Positions 11,268 through 25,140 of a stretch of 64,000 bases of DNA are shown piece by piece. Position numbers and translations under genes: made by a program. Source of the stretch: Ramazzottius varieornatus. Lineage: Eukaryota > Animalia > Tardigrada. Positions within the stretch are counted from its first letter, which is position 1, and every line of letters starts with the position of its first letter. Location: NCBI GenBank assembly GCA_001949185.1, contig BDGG01000006.1, forward strand, positions 168,827 to 232,826, read 5' to 3'. The notes under the pieces are model-generated. The model was not told where the DNA came from. It ran no database searches and saw nothing but the letters and a program-made list of their open reading frames with translations.

Positions 11268-14200
11268 TGATATCGATGCTCGTGACGGACTAGCTTCATT
11301 TTTGGTTTGCAAAGTTTTCTACTTAGGGCAAAGCATCAGTTAAGGGGCATGCATATATAAACGGACCTGTCTGGTACCTTACCCCGTTAATATGATGGCT
11401 GCAGGATTGCTTCTGCTTAATTCTTCCTTCTTGCCTATAGCTGGCATGTTTTTGAGCAGTACAATTTTCCCTTGAGTGGCCGACTATTGCAATGAAGGAT
11501 TTTCGAAACCTCTGAAATTTAAGGAATGGCGGCAGAATGTCGGTTATGTTGAGTTAGTGAATCGGAAGGTGAAAACATGGTATCAAGGGTGTCTAGTTTT
11601 GCAGTGGGGAGAAAATGGGCGCACTTGAAAGACCATTGTGCTGGGTAAATGGAGGAAAGGTGATGCTATGTAGTTGAAAGTGCCGCACACTTGTCTCTTC
11701 TTGCATATGCTTAACCCAAGCGCCGCTAAAAGACTTCATTGGCTATACCTTGTCCTTACCAACATTTGCCGCATTGAAATGTCCTAGACGGAACTCTTCA
11801 ACCCCAACTTCCATCTTCTCTCCTGCTTCACCCTCAAGTGCTGACTTATGCTCATGTTTTAGAATCATCAAGTGCCGCTAAACATCTATCCCCCTCCCCT
11901 CTTTCTCCCTCTTTCGCTTTCGCTTGCCATAACCCAGGCATCAATTGCAAAAGCTAGGCAACTTTCGCAAGACTCTCTAAAGTATCATGTTGGCCCACCT
12001 CTAAGAAAGCATAGTTTGTTGCCAAAGAACCGGCTGACTGTGTCAAAGTGATTTGGGAGGTTGTGCATCAGGGTCCGCAGGGTTCATCAGCCCAAGAAAA
12101 TTAGAAGGAAGGGAGGCAGATTAGGTAAGGCAGACTAATGGATACAAGGGCCAGAAGGCAGATCAAGTTGCGCAGCTCAATTAACGGCCAAGGGGTAAAG
12201 TCAATGTATCAAGGTATGGAGTTGGGCTTGCTTCCGAAGGCCAAATGGACAGAAGGTGGTCGCACGAATGTCCAAAAGACGAGTGCAACGTCAAGTGGCC
12301 ATCCGTCTCAAGATTTATCCATTCAAACCCCTTGTCGTTAACCTTGTTGCTCATCGTAACTTACGATAACTTATTACTCCAGCCAGAAACCGCGGCCTTT
12401 TGTTATTGCACAAGTTGAAAGATATAGCCGGTAGGTGCGCCGATACTTGCTCCTTCATCTGACGTTGGACAGTGGAAATGCTAAGCAGAGAAAACACAAT
12501 GGCACTGTTTGCCGGTTGAAGAAGAAGATGTTTGTGCTCTCGGTAGGGTCTGTATGTACTTGACAAACGGCGGTGACCAAATAGCCGTTGATTATTTGCG
12601 CATTGTGAGACGTTTGAGGTCGCTGTATTGCTCAATCAACGGCACAAAGGCTATTTGTGACTGAAGATCGACAGCGGCTCCCTGGGTCTTGCAAAAGATG
12701 ATTGATCTTAATATAGCAGATGAACGACCTTCCACACCTACTATACACCATATTATACCTTTAAAGTTTCAACTACTGTAGTATGACAACTTGCCGTCGT
12801 AAACCATGTCTTTGTTGGTGAAGAGCGTATATGGGTCCGTGTAGCGACTAGTGTCTAAGCACATATCGATTGGGCGGACGAATGTCATGTATCAATATAT
12901 GGGAAATGAGGAGTCATATTACATTGAGAGCCAATGATGTGGCGGCATTGTTTCATGTCTTAGGGCAGAAATGTGCTAATGACTTTTGATTTGATAACCT
13001 GATAGAGGCTGATGGAAGGCAGTTGCGCCCAAATATCCAATGTCACAGATATTGCGCCTCCCTAATTTGTCAGGCGACACTGACAGTTCCCACCAAAGGC
13101 CCCCCAACCTTCTATTCCTCCCAAAGGGGCCGTCCAATAACTACGCTGAATATTCACATATTGGTATACAGGATTTGAAGGGGAAAGTACAGTAAGAAAG
13201 ATAGATGCAAGGCTGATTTATTCGGGATACAAAAAACAGCGAAAGTGTCTTCACTGGGACCTTAAGGAAAGTGGTCGTCCGATGTAGCAGCGTTGAGCGT
13301 GTAGCGCCTATGTTGGATGGGTAATGAGGCGAGGCATATTGAGGGAAATATGAGCAAGTTACACATCCGTTGGTATGTGCAGATTTGAGATGGTTCTTGT
13401 CTGTTTGTCCAAGGATACATGCTGGCGGTCTCTTTGTCTGACTGCGGCCTGCATGTAAGATATCTTCTCCTACTTCTGTCCTCTTCTTTTATGAGAAGAC
13501 GATGGTGGCCGTTACACTTTTAAAACTGCCCTGGTGCCATATAAGCCCTTTAGCTGATGGAGATTTGACGGCTCCCACGTCGCCATATTTGACATTTCCC
13601 TCACATATGACCGCGCTCTCATTTTCTTTTACTCTTTTGATATGATTTGATCGAACGCGCAGCTTCTGCATGTCTATCGATCGTCAAACAAATCAACATT
13701 GACCCCAACTGATCGTTTCCTACAAAGGACCATGCCTTTTCGGCCAGTCTTTCGTTGTGCCAGCTCGCAGCACCTCAAGTTTGCGGAAGCAGCTGGGTTT
13801 TATCTGGACATATATGAAGGAACTGTCCTGACAAAGGTCATCGACCAACCCAAAACACTGCAATATCCAACACAGCACGGCGCAAAGTTGTGAACGGGTT
13901 GATTGCAGAGACTATAGAGTATACACAGTAGAAGACAAATACTGACGATGGACGAACTGGGCTGTAATCAAAGGCAGCAGAGATGTACGTCGTACGTTGA
14001 GCGGGTGGACATTTTAAAGAGTGGAAGAGATTAGGAGTCGACGTATGGAAAGTGTTCTCGTTGTTGCACATGCAAATGAGCTAGCTGGCAGCCAACTGTA
14101 CAGGGGTCTTTTTTAAGCTTGAACACTTCCAGCTACATGTCCGTCCCCTGCCGATCGAGCGATGGCACGCTACACTTGCTTAAGCTGCCTTCAACAAGGC

Positions 14201-14614
14201 ACGACCAAAAGCCAAGCGATGCTTGTCGTTATTACTAAAACATTCTGCCTAGATGATGGCTGCTTAGCTTCGCTTCGGCCCAAGTTAGTCGGTGCATAGC
14301 CTAGCCAACGCTCCATGGTGTTTTCGTGACGTTTAATTTGTCCTCAACAAACCGCATCATCTTGAATAATAATCCCCTGATTACTTCATCCTTCTCTCTC
14401 TCTGCTCTGCTCTGTCCCTTCTTTATCAAACATCCCAACTTATCCCTTCACATCCTTGTTGCCTGACTTGTCTCTATGCACTCTTTGATCATGGCGTAAC
14501 GCTGACGGAGGGGGATAAGAGACACAAGACCCAGCAGCAACAAGTACCCGACCTGTGGCTGCAGCAATTACCCATCTTCTATTAAGAAGGTCGCGCGTAC
14601 CTTTTGTTGCCTTG

Positions 14615-17160
14615 ATGGTTGTTGAAGCCTCTGCCATTTCCGACCTGGATTCATACCTGACCTCTGATATGGGTAAACTCTTTTCCGGCAAAATTTTTTT
14701 TCATGTAATAAAGGAGGAAAACAGTATTTTTACAATTAAGTGAGCTACTCCTCACAAGTTAGGTATAGTTAGAGAGGAAAAGGTCATGGTGATCGATCAT
14801 GCTTTTTGGCTGTTGATGCTGGCTGTAACTGGCCAATGGCAACCTTATTTTGGATTAAACCATCTTACACGTGATGGAGTAAACGTTTTCCATCAAAATG
14901 GTCGAGTTGCTTTGCGCAGGTAATATAGTGAGGCACAAGTCAAAATAAAGAGATGGGACTTGTTTTCCGCGGTTGATCAGGAGCTTGAGCTAATGGTGTA
15001 TTTTGTGTGCTAATTTGTATACAGTACGTAAGCAGTGTGGAGGAATTGGGTGTTAGCGGGCGGTCGTTAGTATCCATTAGGTGTGATGGCAGTCGGGACC
15101 TTCTCCGCCTCCGCAATATGTAACTGCCTGATTTTTCAGTTCAGGCATGCGCTGGCCACTGCTTTTTTGACATTTGGCTCAAACTGTTGCTTTCACTGGG
15201 CTTGTTGTCGTGGTGGTTACTTCCCTGTCAAGAGATGATGACACTCCAACGGCAGCCCATCTCTTGACAGCCTTCGTTATAGCTAGGCCGACCATCGTGA
15301 TCAGACAGGCTATAAAAATTGCTGAGCCGCCACTGTAAACTCTAACTAAATACACACAAGCACTTATATTCGCCCCATACTTAATAACCATGCACCCGCA
15401 ACCATAACATGCACCACTTTCGCCTTTCCTCCTCGCTCGCTGAAACAACAGAAAACCCCCCAAAATGACATATCGGTCCTAGATATGAGCAACGCTGGAG
15501 TACAAGTACCTTTTTGATGCAGGCTAGAGAGATATTTGAGCAAGCCGCATTTTCAAACCAATTATAATGGAAAAACGTGAAGCGAACTAATGGCTTTAGA
15601 AAAGAGATTAAGGGATTAATAAGACAGGTAAGATGGGTTCATTCTGTTGGGTGACACGAACTTTCTTCGAGGGCTGTTCCCCTGTCGCTGAAAAGGTCAA
15701 TGTTTCCATATGTTGAATGTGGGTCTGTTGTTGCTGTTGATTAGATTCGTCGTTGAGCGGTGCCTTCGGTGAGACGAACCAGCTGGGCGGTGTCTTCGTC
15801 AACGGCCGGCCGCTACCGGGGCAGGTTCGGCAGCGCATCATCGAAATGTCCATGATGGGAGTGCGTCCCTGCGACATTAGCCGGCAGTTGCGCGTCTCCC
15901 ACGGTTGTGTCAGCAAGATCTTGGCCCGCTACAACGAGACGGGCTCCATCATGCCGGGGGCCATTGGCGGCAGCAAACCCCGCGTCACCACACCCAAGGT
16001 CGTCCAGCACATTCGCGAGCTGAAGCAACGCGATCCCGGCATCTTTGCCTGGGAGATTCGCGATCGTCTAACCAGCGACGGCATCTGCGACAAGTACACC
16101 GTCCCCTCCGTCAGCAGTATTAGCCGCATCTTGCGCAACAAAATTGGCGCATTACCCACCGCTCTTCTCCCCATCAATGCACCTGACTTGCAAATGCACT
16201 CCTCCTACAACAGCGCTTCCACCCCCAACCATGGCAGCGCTGCCCGAAACCACCATCATTCGCTACAATCAGGTGTGTCTATCTGTCTCGCACTCGCACT
16301 ACCTCCAAAACAACCTTTCCTCAGGTGGCGCACGTCTTCAGTAAATAACACTGGCACAGTGCGCCACTTGTCAAAACAATCTGGACAAGACTGCTCTTGA
16401 CAGTGACGCATGCATCCAGCCATCTGCACCGGGAGCGTGCGCCACGTGGCGAAAGACTCTAGTTGAGTTTATTGGCCGAGCTTTTCGTTGAAGGCGCTGG
16501 TGGAAAACATTCTTGTCGTATAATGTTTTCTGGGATTCATTTTTTTGTCGGGTCATCAGGAGAAACAGTGAGGAAGGATTTCTCTTTGTAGGATCGCAGC
16601 GGGGCACGATGAACGGAGAGTGTGGTTCTACGTCGTACCCTTCCAACAACAACAACGAGATGACGTCGGATGAGTGTAACCAGCTGTACTCGGCTTCCCT
16701 GTACCAAGCTGCTGCCTATTCGGCTGCTGCAGCCGCCGCCATCACCGCTCACCAGCTGCAGCACAACACAGCCTCGACAGCGGTCATACCGCACTTTAGC
16801 GAGCAGGCCACACGCACCAACTGGTCCAACGGGGTGCAGAGTAGTAACCTGGACAGTCTGGTATTTCCCTTCCATTCCAGCGCTAACCTGATGATGGCTC
16901 CACACCAGCCCACCTCCCTACCCTCTCACTCTAACAAAGCCTTCCGTCCCATTCCTTCGCCCACCCACTTTTCACCTTATCCCCTGCATAATCCCACCAG
17001 CAAGACCACCGCTTTCCTCAATCCGCCACTGCTGGACTGTGCCAGCAACTCTCATCGCCCTAATCTGGCCTTTCAACAGCAGCAACACCAACGAGCAGCA
17101 CAGCATGACCAACAAGACTGCCAGCCGGATACCGACTCCAAAGCCCTCTTGTCCGCATAG
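14615..17160 (+). CDS. Pax1/9: Paired-box transcription factor Pax1/9 (Pox meso type)
   Basis: Complete paired domain [20 protein letters not shown]...[13 protein letters not shown]...[14 protein letters not shown], diagnostic of Pax1/9; no homeodomain. Exons 14615(or 14669)-14672, 15745-16272 and 16592-17160 join in frame. The first exon is less certain. Confidence 0.92.
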
Positions 17161-18186
17161 CTCCATCTTCTATCCGTAGATTGACTTCTTTTACAGACCG
17201 CAAACTCTAACCAACTGAAAAGCCCTAAATCCGTCAAGACATTCTATCTCGTATGTTTTGTGTAGTCAATCTTTCAATGGCCTTGTAACGGTGTACGCCA
17301 ACGCCGGTAATAAATGACTTTGTAGACACGCGTTGTTTAGGGATCGGGGTTGGCCAACTGTGTTCCTCGTCGCGCATCTGCCAAGAGTGCATTTGCCTTC
17401 TGCCGGCCTTCTGGCCGAACAACAAAGGTCTGTCTAAGCTGAATTCCCTTTCTTTTTTCTCCCAGTATTTTAGGAGCGCCGAAAGCTGGAGCTCGTCGGG
17501 GATATGGCAATGGATAAACGGCGTCGTCGTGCTAGTGTCGTAGAAATTGAAGTTTAACTTGTTCGATTGGAGCTTTGTCGAACCTTGTCCATTCGTTCGG
17601 CCTTTGACGTTTAGCTCACCAGAACGGCCAAACACGATAATACTTATGGGTTGGTTAAGACCTCACAGCAGCTTTACGTCATCGGGGAGCACCTCTCCGA
17701 GTCTCCGTCCTTTCGCGTGCGCCCGACTGTAGCTTCCGTACTTTTGCTGTCAGGTAGATACTGGACCGAACTAGAAGATGATTAGCTTTCCTCTGCCCCG
17801 TAGGCAAAATTGACCTGATTGTCGTTGGTTCGACAGAAGCAGAAGCGGCATATTAACCGAGCCAACGGGTGGCAGTTTACGCTTGGTCATGTGAGTGTCT
17901 TCCCGTAAAACAGTAGCCGATTTAGCTGGACCATTGGCTTTCCTGGAGATAATTATTCTTTTCTTTGTCTGTGGCCATATCTCTTCGACAAGAGACCAGC
18001 ATCGGCGCCAGATAACGTTTTACAGGCTGTGCCTTTTGTTGTCGCTTCCGGCATGGCTTTTAGCCATACGGACTACTCAACCAGCAGTCGTCTTCAATGC
18101 ATTACATTGACGTTAGGCGGTGAGGCTTGCAATAAAAATAAAAATGGTAAAACGATTGCTCTGTAACACGTCATAGGTGGTCTGAC

Positions 18187-18232
18187 GAGAGGGAGAGAGA
18201 GAGAAAAAAAGAAAGAAAGAAAGAAAGAAAGA
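18187..18232. repeat. (GA)n/(GAAA)n microsatellite
   Basis: Directly visible purine repeat. Confidence 0.8.
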
Positions 18233-18407
18233 AGTTCCCTGGCAGTACAAGAGCCAATTCGGAAAAGTCTTACTTTACAATAGAATCCCGCAATGAAATC
18301 CTGCAAAAGTCTACTACTTTTCGAAAGTCCAAGGAGTATGAATATATACAGCAATAAAAGAGTCGAGACGAGCGCAAAAGAGTGGTGTAAATCTGGAAAA
18401 GATCAAA

Positions 18408-19983
18408 CTAGTGCTGGGGTGCTCCCGCCAGAAGATAGTTCTTGAGTAGTGGTTCTGGAGGCTGTTCAACACCGAATTTCTCAATGTGTTTATCCAGCCA
18501 TAGAAGTAGAATAGCCAAGAAGGCGCAATCCATCTTGTCAAAGCACTTCTTGGACAGACTAACCCCAAAGCCTTCGGGGAACTCTAGTGTCGTCTCTGCC
18601 ATGGTCAGTTCGCTGAGCACATCGTCCCGCCGACTTTGCCTACAAACAGACAAAAATTGCAATACAAATATTAAGTTGTAACAGAACTGCAGGCTTTGTG
18701 CTTTGCGCTAAAAGCCGAGACTCACGTTGCAAAATGATCATAGATATTTTCGACAGTTCGTCGAAGCTTTGGAGGAAGCTTGTTGATGGTGGCCAGCAGC
18801 CAAGCTAGCTGTTCTTCACCATACCGCCACAGGTTACCTCTCTCATCCAGCTTGCAAGCTAGCCACAACTGTGGAGAGCCATCGTACTCCAGAGCGAAAG
18901 GACCCGCATAGTCTTGCGCTGTCAGAACAAAGCGCGCCACTTCGACAACCCACTGGTACCATGCGCACTTGTTTTCTTCCTCCCTCAACAGGTCGCACAA
19001 GTCCTTTTGCTCGACATCACCCTTTTCGTTCCCGTAGGAAAAGTTACCTGAGAACGATCCACTCCTGTACAAACCTAGAGCGCTGCTCCAAAAGAACGAA
19101 AATGCCTGCTTACCCAATGGTAGGCTAGCCAGAGCAAAATCACACTTGGTGAAGGTAATAGAGCGCACATAAGACGTGGGCTCTACCAACAACCGCTCTG
19201 CTTCATAGATTGTCCACGGTATCAATTGGCTGCCATTGTACACTGTCACTCTTGAAAACTTGGATACGAAGACTTCATTGAACTTGGAAAAAGGCCAGGG
19301 CATCTGTTGGACGTGGAGCTGCACCAAATGGTTCTTCTTGGGGATGCGGGCCAGTATGCCCTCCAACAGGGCTGGGTTCTTCTCCGTCTTTTCCCCAAAC
19401 CTCCGCCAGTAATTCGGTGAGAAGCCGGCATGATCGAAGCCAACTACTCCCTGGTTGGCCATTTGTGCTGACTCGTTCAGCTCCTTCCATTTCTGCGATA
19501 CCCTGCACACGCCAAAGGATTAGTCCCAAACTCACATGCTCCATCACAGCTGCGCATGGTGTCACACGTCGTGCTAGACTAAGTACAGCGTGTCATGACG
19601 AAACGCGCCACTTAGAACGGAAAAGGCAAAGTACCCTCTGCTGACCTGCGGAATCTCTGGCTGTGCCTGACATCAAACTCCTGCAATGAGAAGCCACTTA
19701 GAACGGAAAAGCCAAAGTAACGTCTACTGACCTGGTACACGGCAATGAGAAGAGTGTCGGGAAGCTCCGTCAGCTGTAGGTTGCTCCTAAAGTTCAGGAA
19801 GACATTGTTCTCGTCGACGCCGTCCACGGGCAGAGAAGTAAAGCCATTGGCTCCATCCATGTGGCTGTCGATCCGACGCTTCTTCATCAGTGGCAAATTC
19901 ATGTCCTGTGGTTCGCTTCCATTTGACCGAGTCATGTCTAACGCAGAAAGGTCCTGCACAATGTCGGTAAGATTGTTTATCAT
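18408..19983 (-). CDS. F-box protein, 431 aa, with unrecognised C-terminal region
   Basis: Exons 19983-19732, 19680-19646 (35-nt microexon), 19502-18726 and 18639-18408 total 1296 nt in frame. The spliced motif LTELPDTLLIAVYQ|EFDVRHSQRFRR|VSQKWKEL fits the F-box consensus. Confidence 0.75.
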
Positions 19984-20781
19984 GGCAGAGGAATGCAGGG
20001 CTCAGAGACAGCGCTGACAATGCAACGCTAATGATGAATGCCTAATGGCGATGCTTGAAGGCTATATCTCATATTTGTATTTTTTTGTTGTCATACCATT
20101 CAGGTCCGTGCTGGTGCGCAGCGTTTGACTTACTCGTACTTTTGTGTGCTCGGAGATTCCGCCTGTCGGACCAAGGACGTGGTGTGTAGAGATCATTGGT
20201 GTTTGTGGCCCGGACAGAGGGAACGCTTTTACGGCACATCCTTCAGAGTCTGTGTGCCAGATGTACGTACCACGAGTGGAGTACGTTATAGGCTACCTAT
20301 AGCCACTTTTAATACTTCAAAACGCCGCCGTGCCCGCCGCAAGTGCATGTATATGGTCCGTATCAAACGAGTGTTGTACGACGGGGTACGTTTCTGCGCC
20401 AGCAAGCACGGCGCACAGACAACGTTGCCCACAATTTAGGCAAGTTGCACTGAGGGAAAATCCCGGAAGAGCTTGCCAGAGTGCTATGTGAGTCAACAGT
20501 TTGCTTCAGTATGGGAAGCTCTTCCGGGCACCAGTCCATAGACTGCGAGCATGTACTGTATCAGTCAGAGCGATCAAACGATCGCATGCGAGCCTTTTTC
20601 GTTACCCTACACAGGCGTCATGCGTGCTGATACGTCACGTTCTAAGCAACCAGTCAAAAAGTTAGCCTAGTAAAACCGGCTGTAACTGGTTGGGCTGCGC
20701 TGGGAATTGTGAAGCCGTTCCATGGTTGGCGTAATTCACTGAATAAATCACCCTTCCACCGCTGGTGCGTGTTATCGGAAA

Positions 20782-21242
20782 CAGCGATGGCCGGATGATT
20801 TACCCAGCCTAATATCAAAAATTAACTATTTGTCACGTACGGCCTGCTTTGAACCGGTCGAAAGAGGAAATTTGTCATCGGCGCGTACATTCTTTCGTCC
20901 CAAACCGGAGATCCGGTGTTCGAACCCAATTTTAGCGGATGTTTTTCTTTTATTTAACTTTTCTGTTTAATTAATTTTTCCATTTAATTTTTTCACTTGG
21001 TTCTTTTGCGTGGTTTTGATTTTACGCGCCCTCTGTTTAATTTTTAGTTTTAGTATTCATTTGTTTTTCTACTGTACTTGACTGCTTACTATTTGGCCAC
21101 CGTGTTGTACAAAACCAGCAATAACAAACATATCTGTATGCTTGATTGGGTTGATTACCGGTCATGAGGTTGGCTGTATTTGATGTGGGAAGCCATTCTG
21201 TGTTTTCGGTAATTCACTGGGTAAATCATCCGGCCATCGCTG
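20782..21242. mobile_element. Non-autonomous hAT-type MITE, 461 bp
   Basis: Perfect 26-bp TIRs CAGCGATGGCCGGATGATTTACCCAG (20782-20807 and 21217-21242), 8-bp TSD ATCGGAAA (20774-20781 and 21243-21250), AT-rich non-coding interior. Confidence 0.9.
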
Positions 21243-21903
21243 ATCGGAAATCTGACTTTTGCTGCGCTCGAAAATGAAAACGCCGTCGTTCGTTTGGCAT
21301 CTTTCTTCTTTCTTCTCACTGATTTTGCTCCCAATGTAGGCTTGTATTGAAGGACTGTACTATGATTCTTTATTTCATGATTGTGGGAAACGCTGAATGG
21401 ATGCGTGTTAGAACGGCTCTTATCGGTTCATAAGCTTCCTGTGAGTTACTTTGCCAATTATCCGCTTGTTCTTTAGTGCGCAGGTTGACGTCATCGCTTA
21501 ATTTGGGAAGTGACTGTGGTGCGGTGCTGTGCCAGTTGTCATGAACTTGTGATGTCATGCGTCGCTTTGATGGAATGAGTGTCGACCATTGTCTTGTTTT
21601 ATTGGGGTCTTCTCATCTAAATGCAAATTGTGTATTTTGCAAACCTTATCGTCGATGCTGCACCCACTTATCCAAACACGTAGTGCTTTATTCGTTGTCA
21701 TTGGAAAAGGAGAAGGATGTTGTGTGTTTTAAAGATGGATGGAGGCGATATTTGCGTCTAGACTAGGCGCATCGATCTCTCTATACGAGGAGGCATTTCT
21801 GCATTTAGCTCGTTTGTTCTCAAGACGGTTATTTGATTCCTGGAGGAACCTACAGCTGGCTTGACGCCTCCATTGACAGCCCATAACATGGCTGTTTTGT
21901 GTG

Positions 21904-23559
<1,656 letters not shown>

Positions 23560-25140
23560 CACCTAAAATGTGCGCCAATTGGGAAGACCATCTTGTCCAG
23601 TTTGTTTGCCCAGCATCTGAACCTAAACTGATTTCATCTTCTGCCGAATTACGAAAGCTTGGTATTTCATATAGGCTCAAGCCCGACAGATGTCGTCGCA
23701 AGAAATGCTAAACCCGCTGACGGCCTTGATTGACAGTGCCGATCTGGGCGCCGATGTTTCCCACGATAGCAACTCTTCCACAAATTCCTTTTCTTCCAAC
23801 CTTGATTCCGTATCAAGCAATATTGACGCCCAGGTCATACACAGAGTATAGTTTTCTTCCATAGAGAGAATCTGTTGCTGCAATACAAGGCTCTGTAGAA
23901 GTTTGTGAAAGCGGCCTTTCCGGCTAGACCAGTATTTTTGAGTTTTCCAGTGACCCGTTTTGCCCCCTCTGAAAATTGGAATCTGAGCCATTTTTATTTT
24001 TTACTCTGTATGCTTTAAGCTTAGAGCCCTCTTTAACCCGCATTGTTGCCATTTTTTGCTGTCACCGGCATTACCTGCTTGATAAAGCTGGATCCCTTTG
24101 TCACACCGATGGATGTCGAGGGTTGTTCCCACTTCCCAGGCATCATTGATTTGGCCATGTAGATAACTTTGTATCTTTCTGTCACACTACTCGTCCGGAA
24201 GTAGTTTATATACCGTAGTATCATAGGGATGATCTTGCTGTAGTACTACTGTTTGATGAGTTGACTAGAGTGGGATAGAGCGCACACTTTGGTAGAAGGG
24301 GAGAAGAGGTGATACAAGGGAGATGCTGCTCAGTGCCGACTGCTGGATGCTGGTGTTGCTCCTCGAACTATCTTGTCAATTTAAGAGGGCTACCGCCCAA
24401 CACACAAATTTCGTCTTTGATAAATTGGGTCAAACTCTTACTGTTGTGTCGGAGCAGGCAGTTGGAGACTGGGGAAACATCGAGGGATGGCTTCCCTCTC
24501 ACGTCTGCCACCTCTGCCTTCTACAGCGTTAGTCGATCCAGCATTAGTACCAGAAGGCAGTACCACAACAGACAACGAGGCAACCATCCCTTGCAACACT
24601 TCCCTCTCACTTCGTGCCAAAACGCATTCTCTATTCTCCAACTTAATCCTTCTGACTTTCGATAATTACTTTAATAATTATTAGTAATTGATAATTTCTG
24701 CAATAATTTTACTACGAATTTTAGTCACATGCCCAGAACCGATGGCTGCACTACTGTGTACTGTATACCTATTCCCATGTGCTGGTATACGTAATACATT
24801 GGAAGCGGTTTCCGGGTCTCGTTTCACTGGTCTACTCACTTTTCCTGCTCATTTTTTCGACAGCGCACTTTTTATCTGTTCTCCTGGTACACGATAAAAT
24901 CTCTGCGAGAACCGTGGCGACGCATAGTGGGAAATACAGTAGAACTCACTTTGCAATAAGCTTCTACAGTAGACGAAGCGTACTTGATGATTAGGTAAGT
25001 GAAAGCACTGGACATCACGTTTGACCTGTCACATTTGGGGCACATGAATGTTATTAGGCTGAGAAGACTGTGCGAAGAAGCGCTAAAATCTGTCCAGTCA
25101 CACACATAGGTAGAGGGGCATATGCGGGTCGACAGCGGTA

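Noticed and set aside
13125-13146. GGGGCCGTCCAATAACTACG resembling a Harbinger MITE terminus
   Set aside because: No matching opposite end or TSD found
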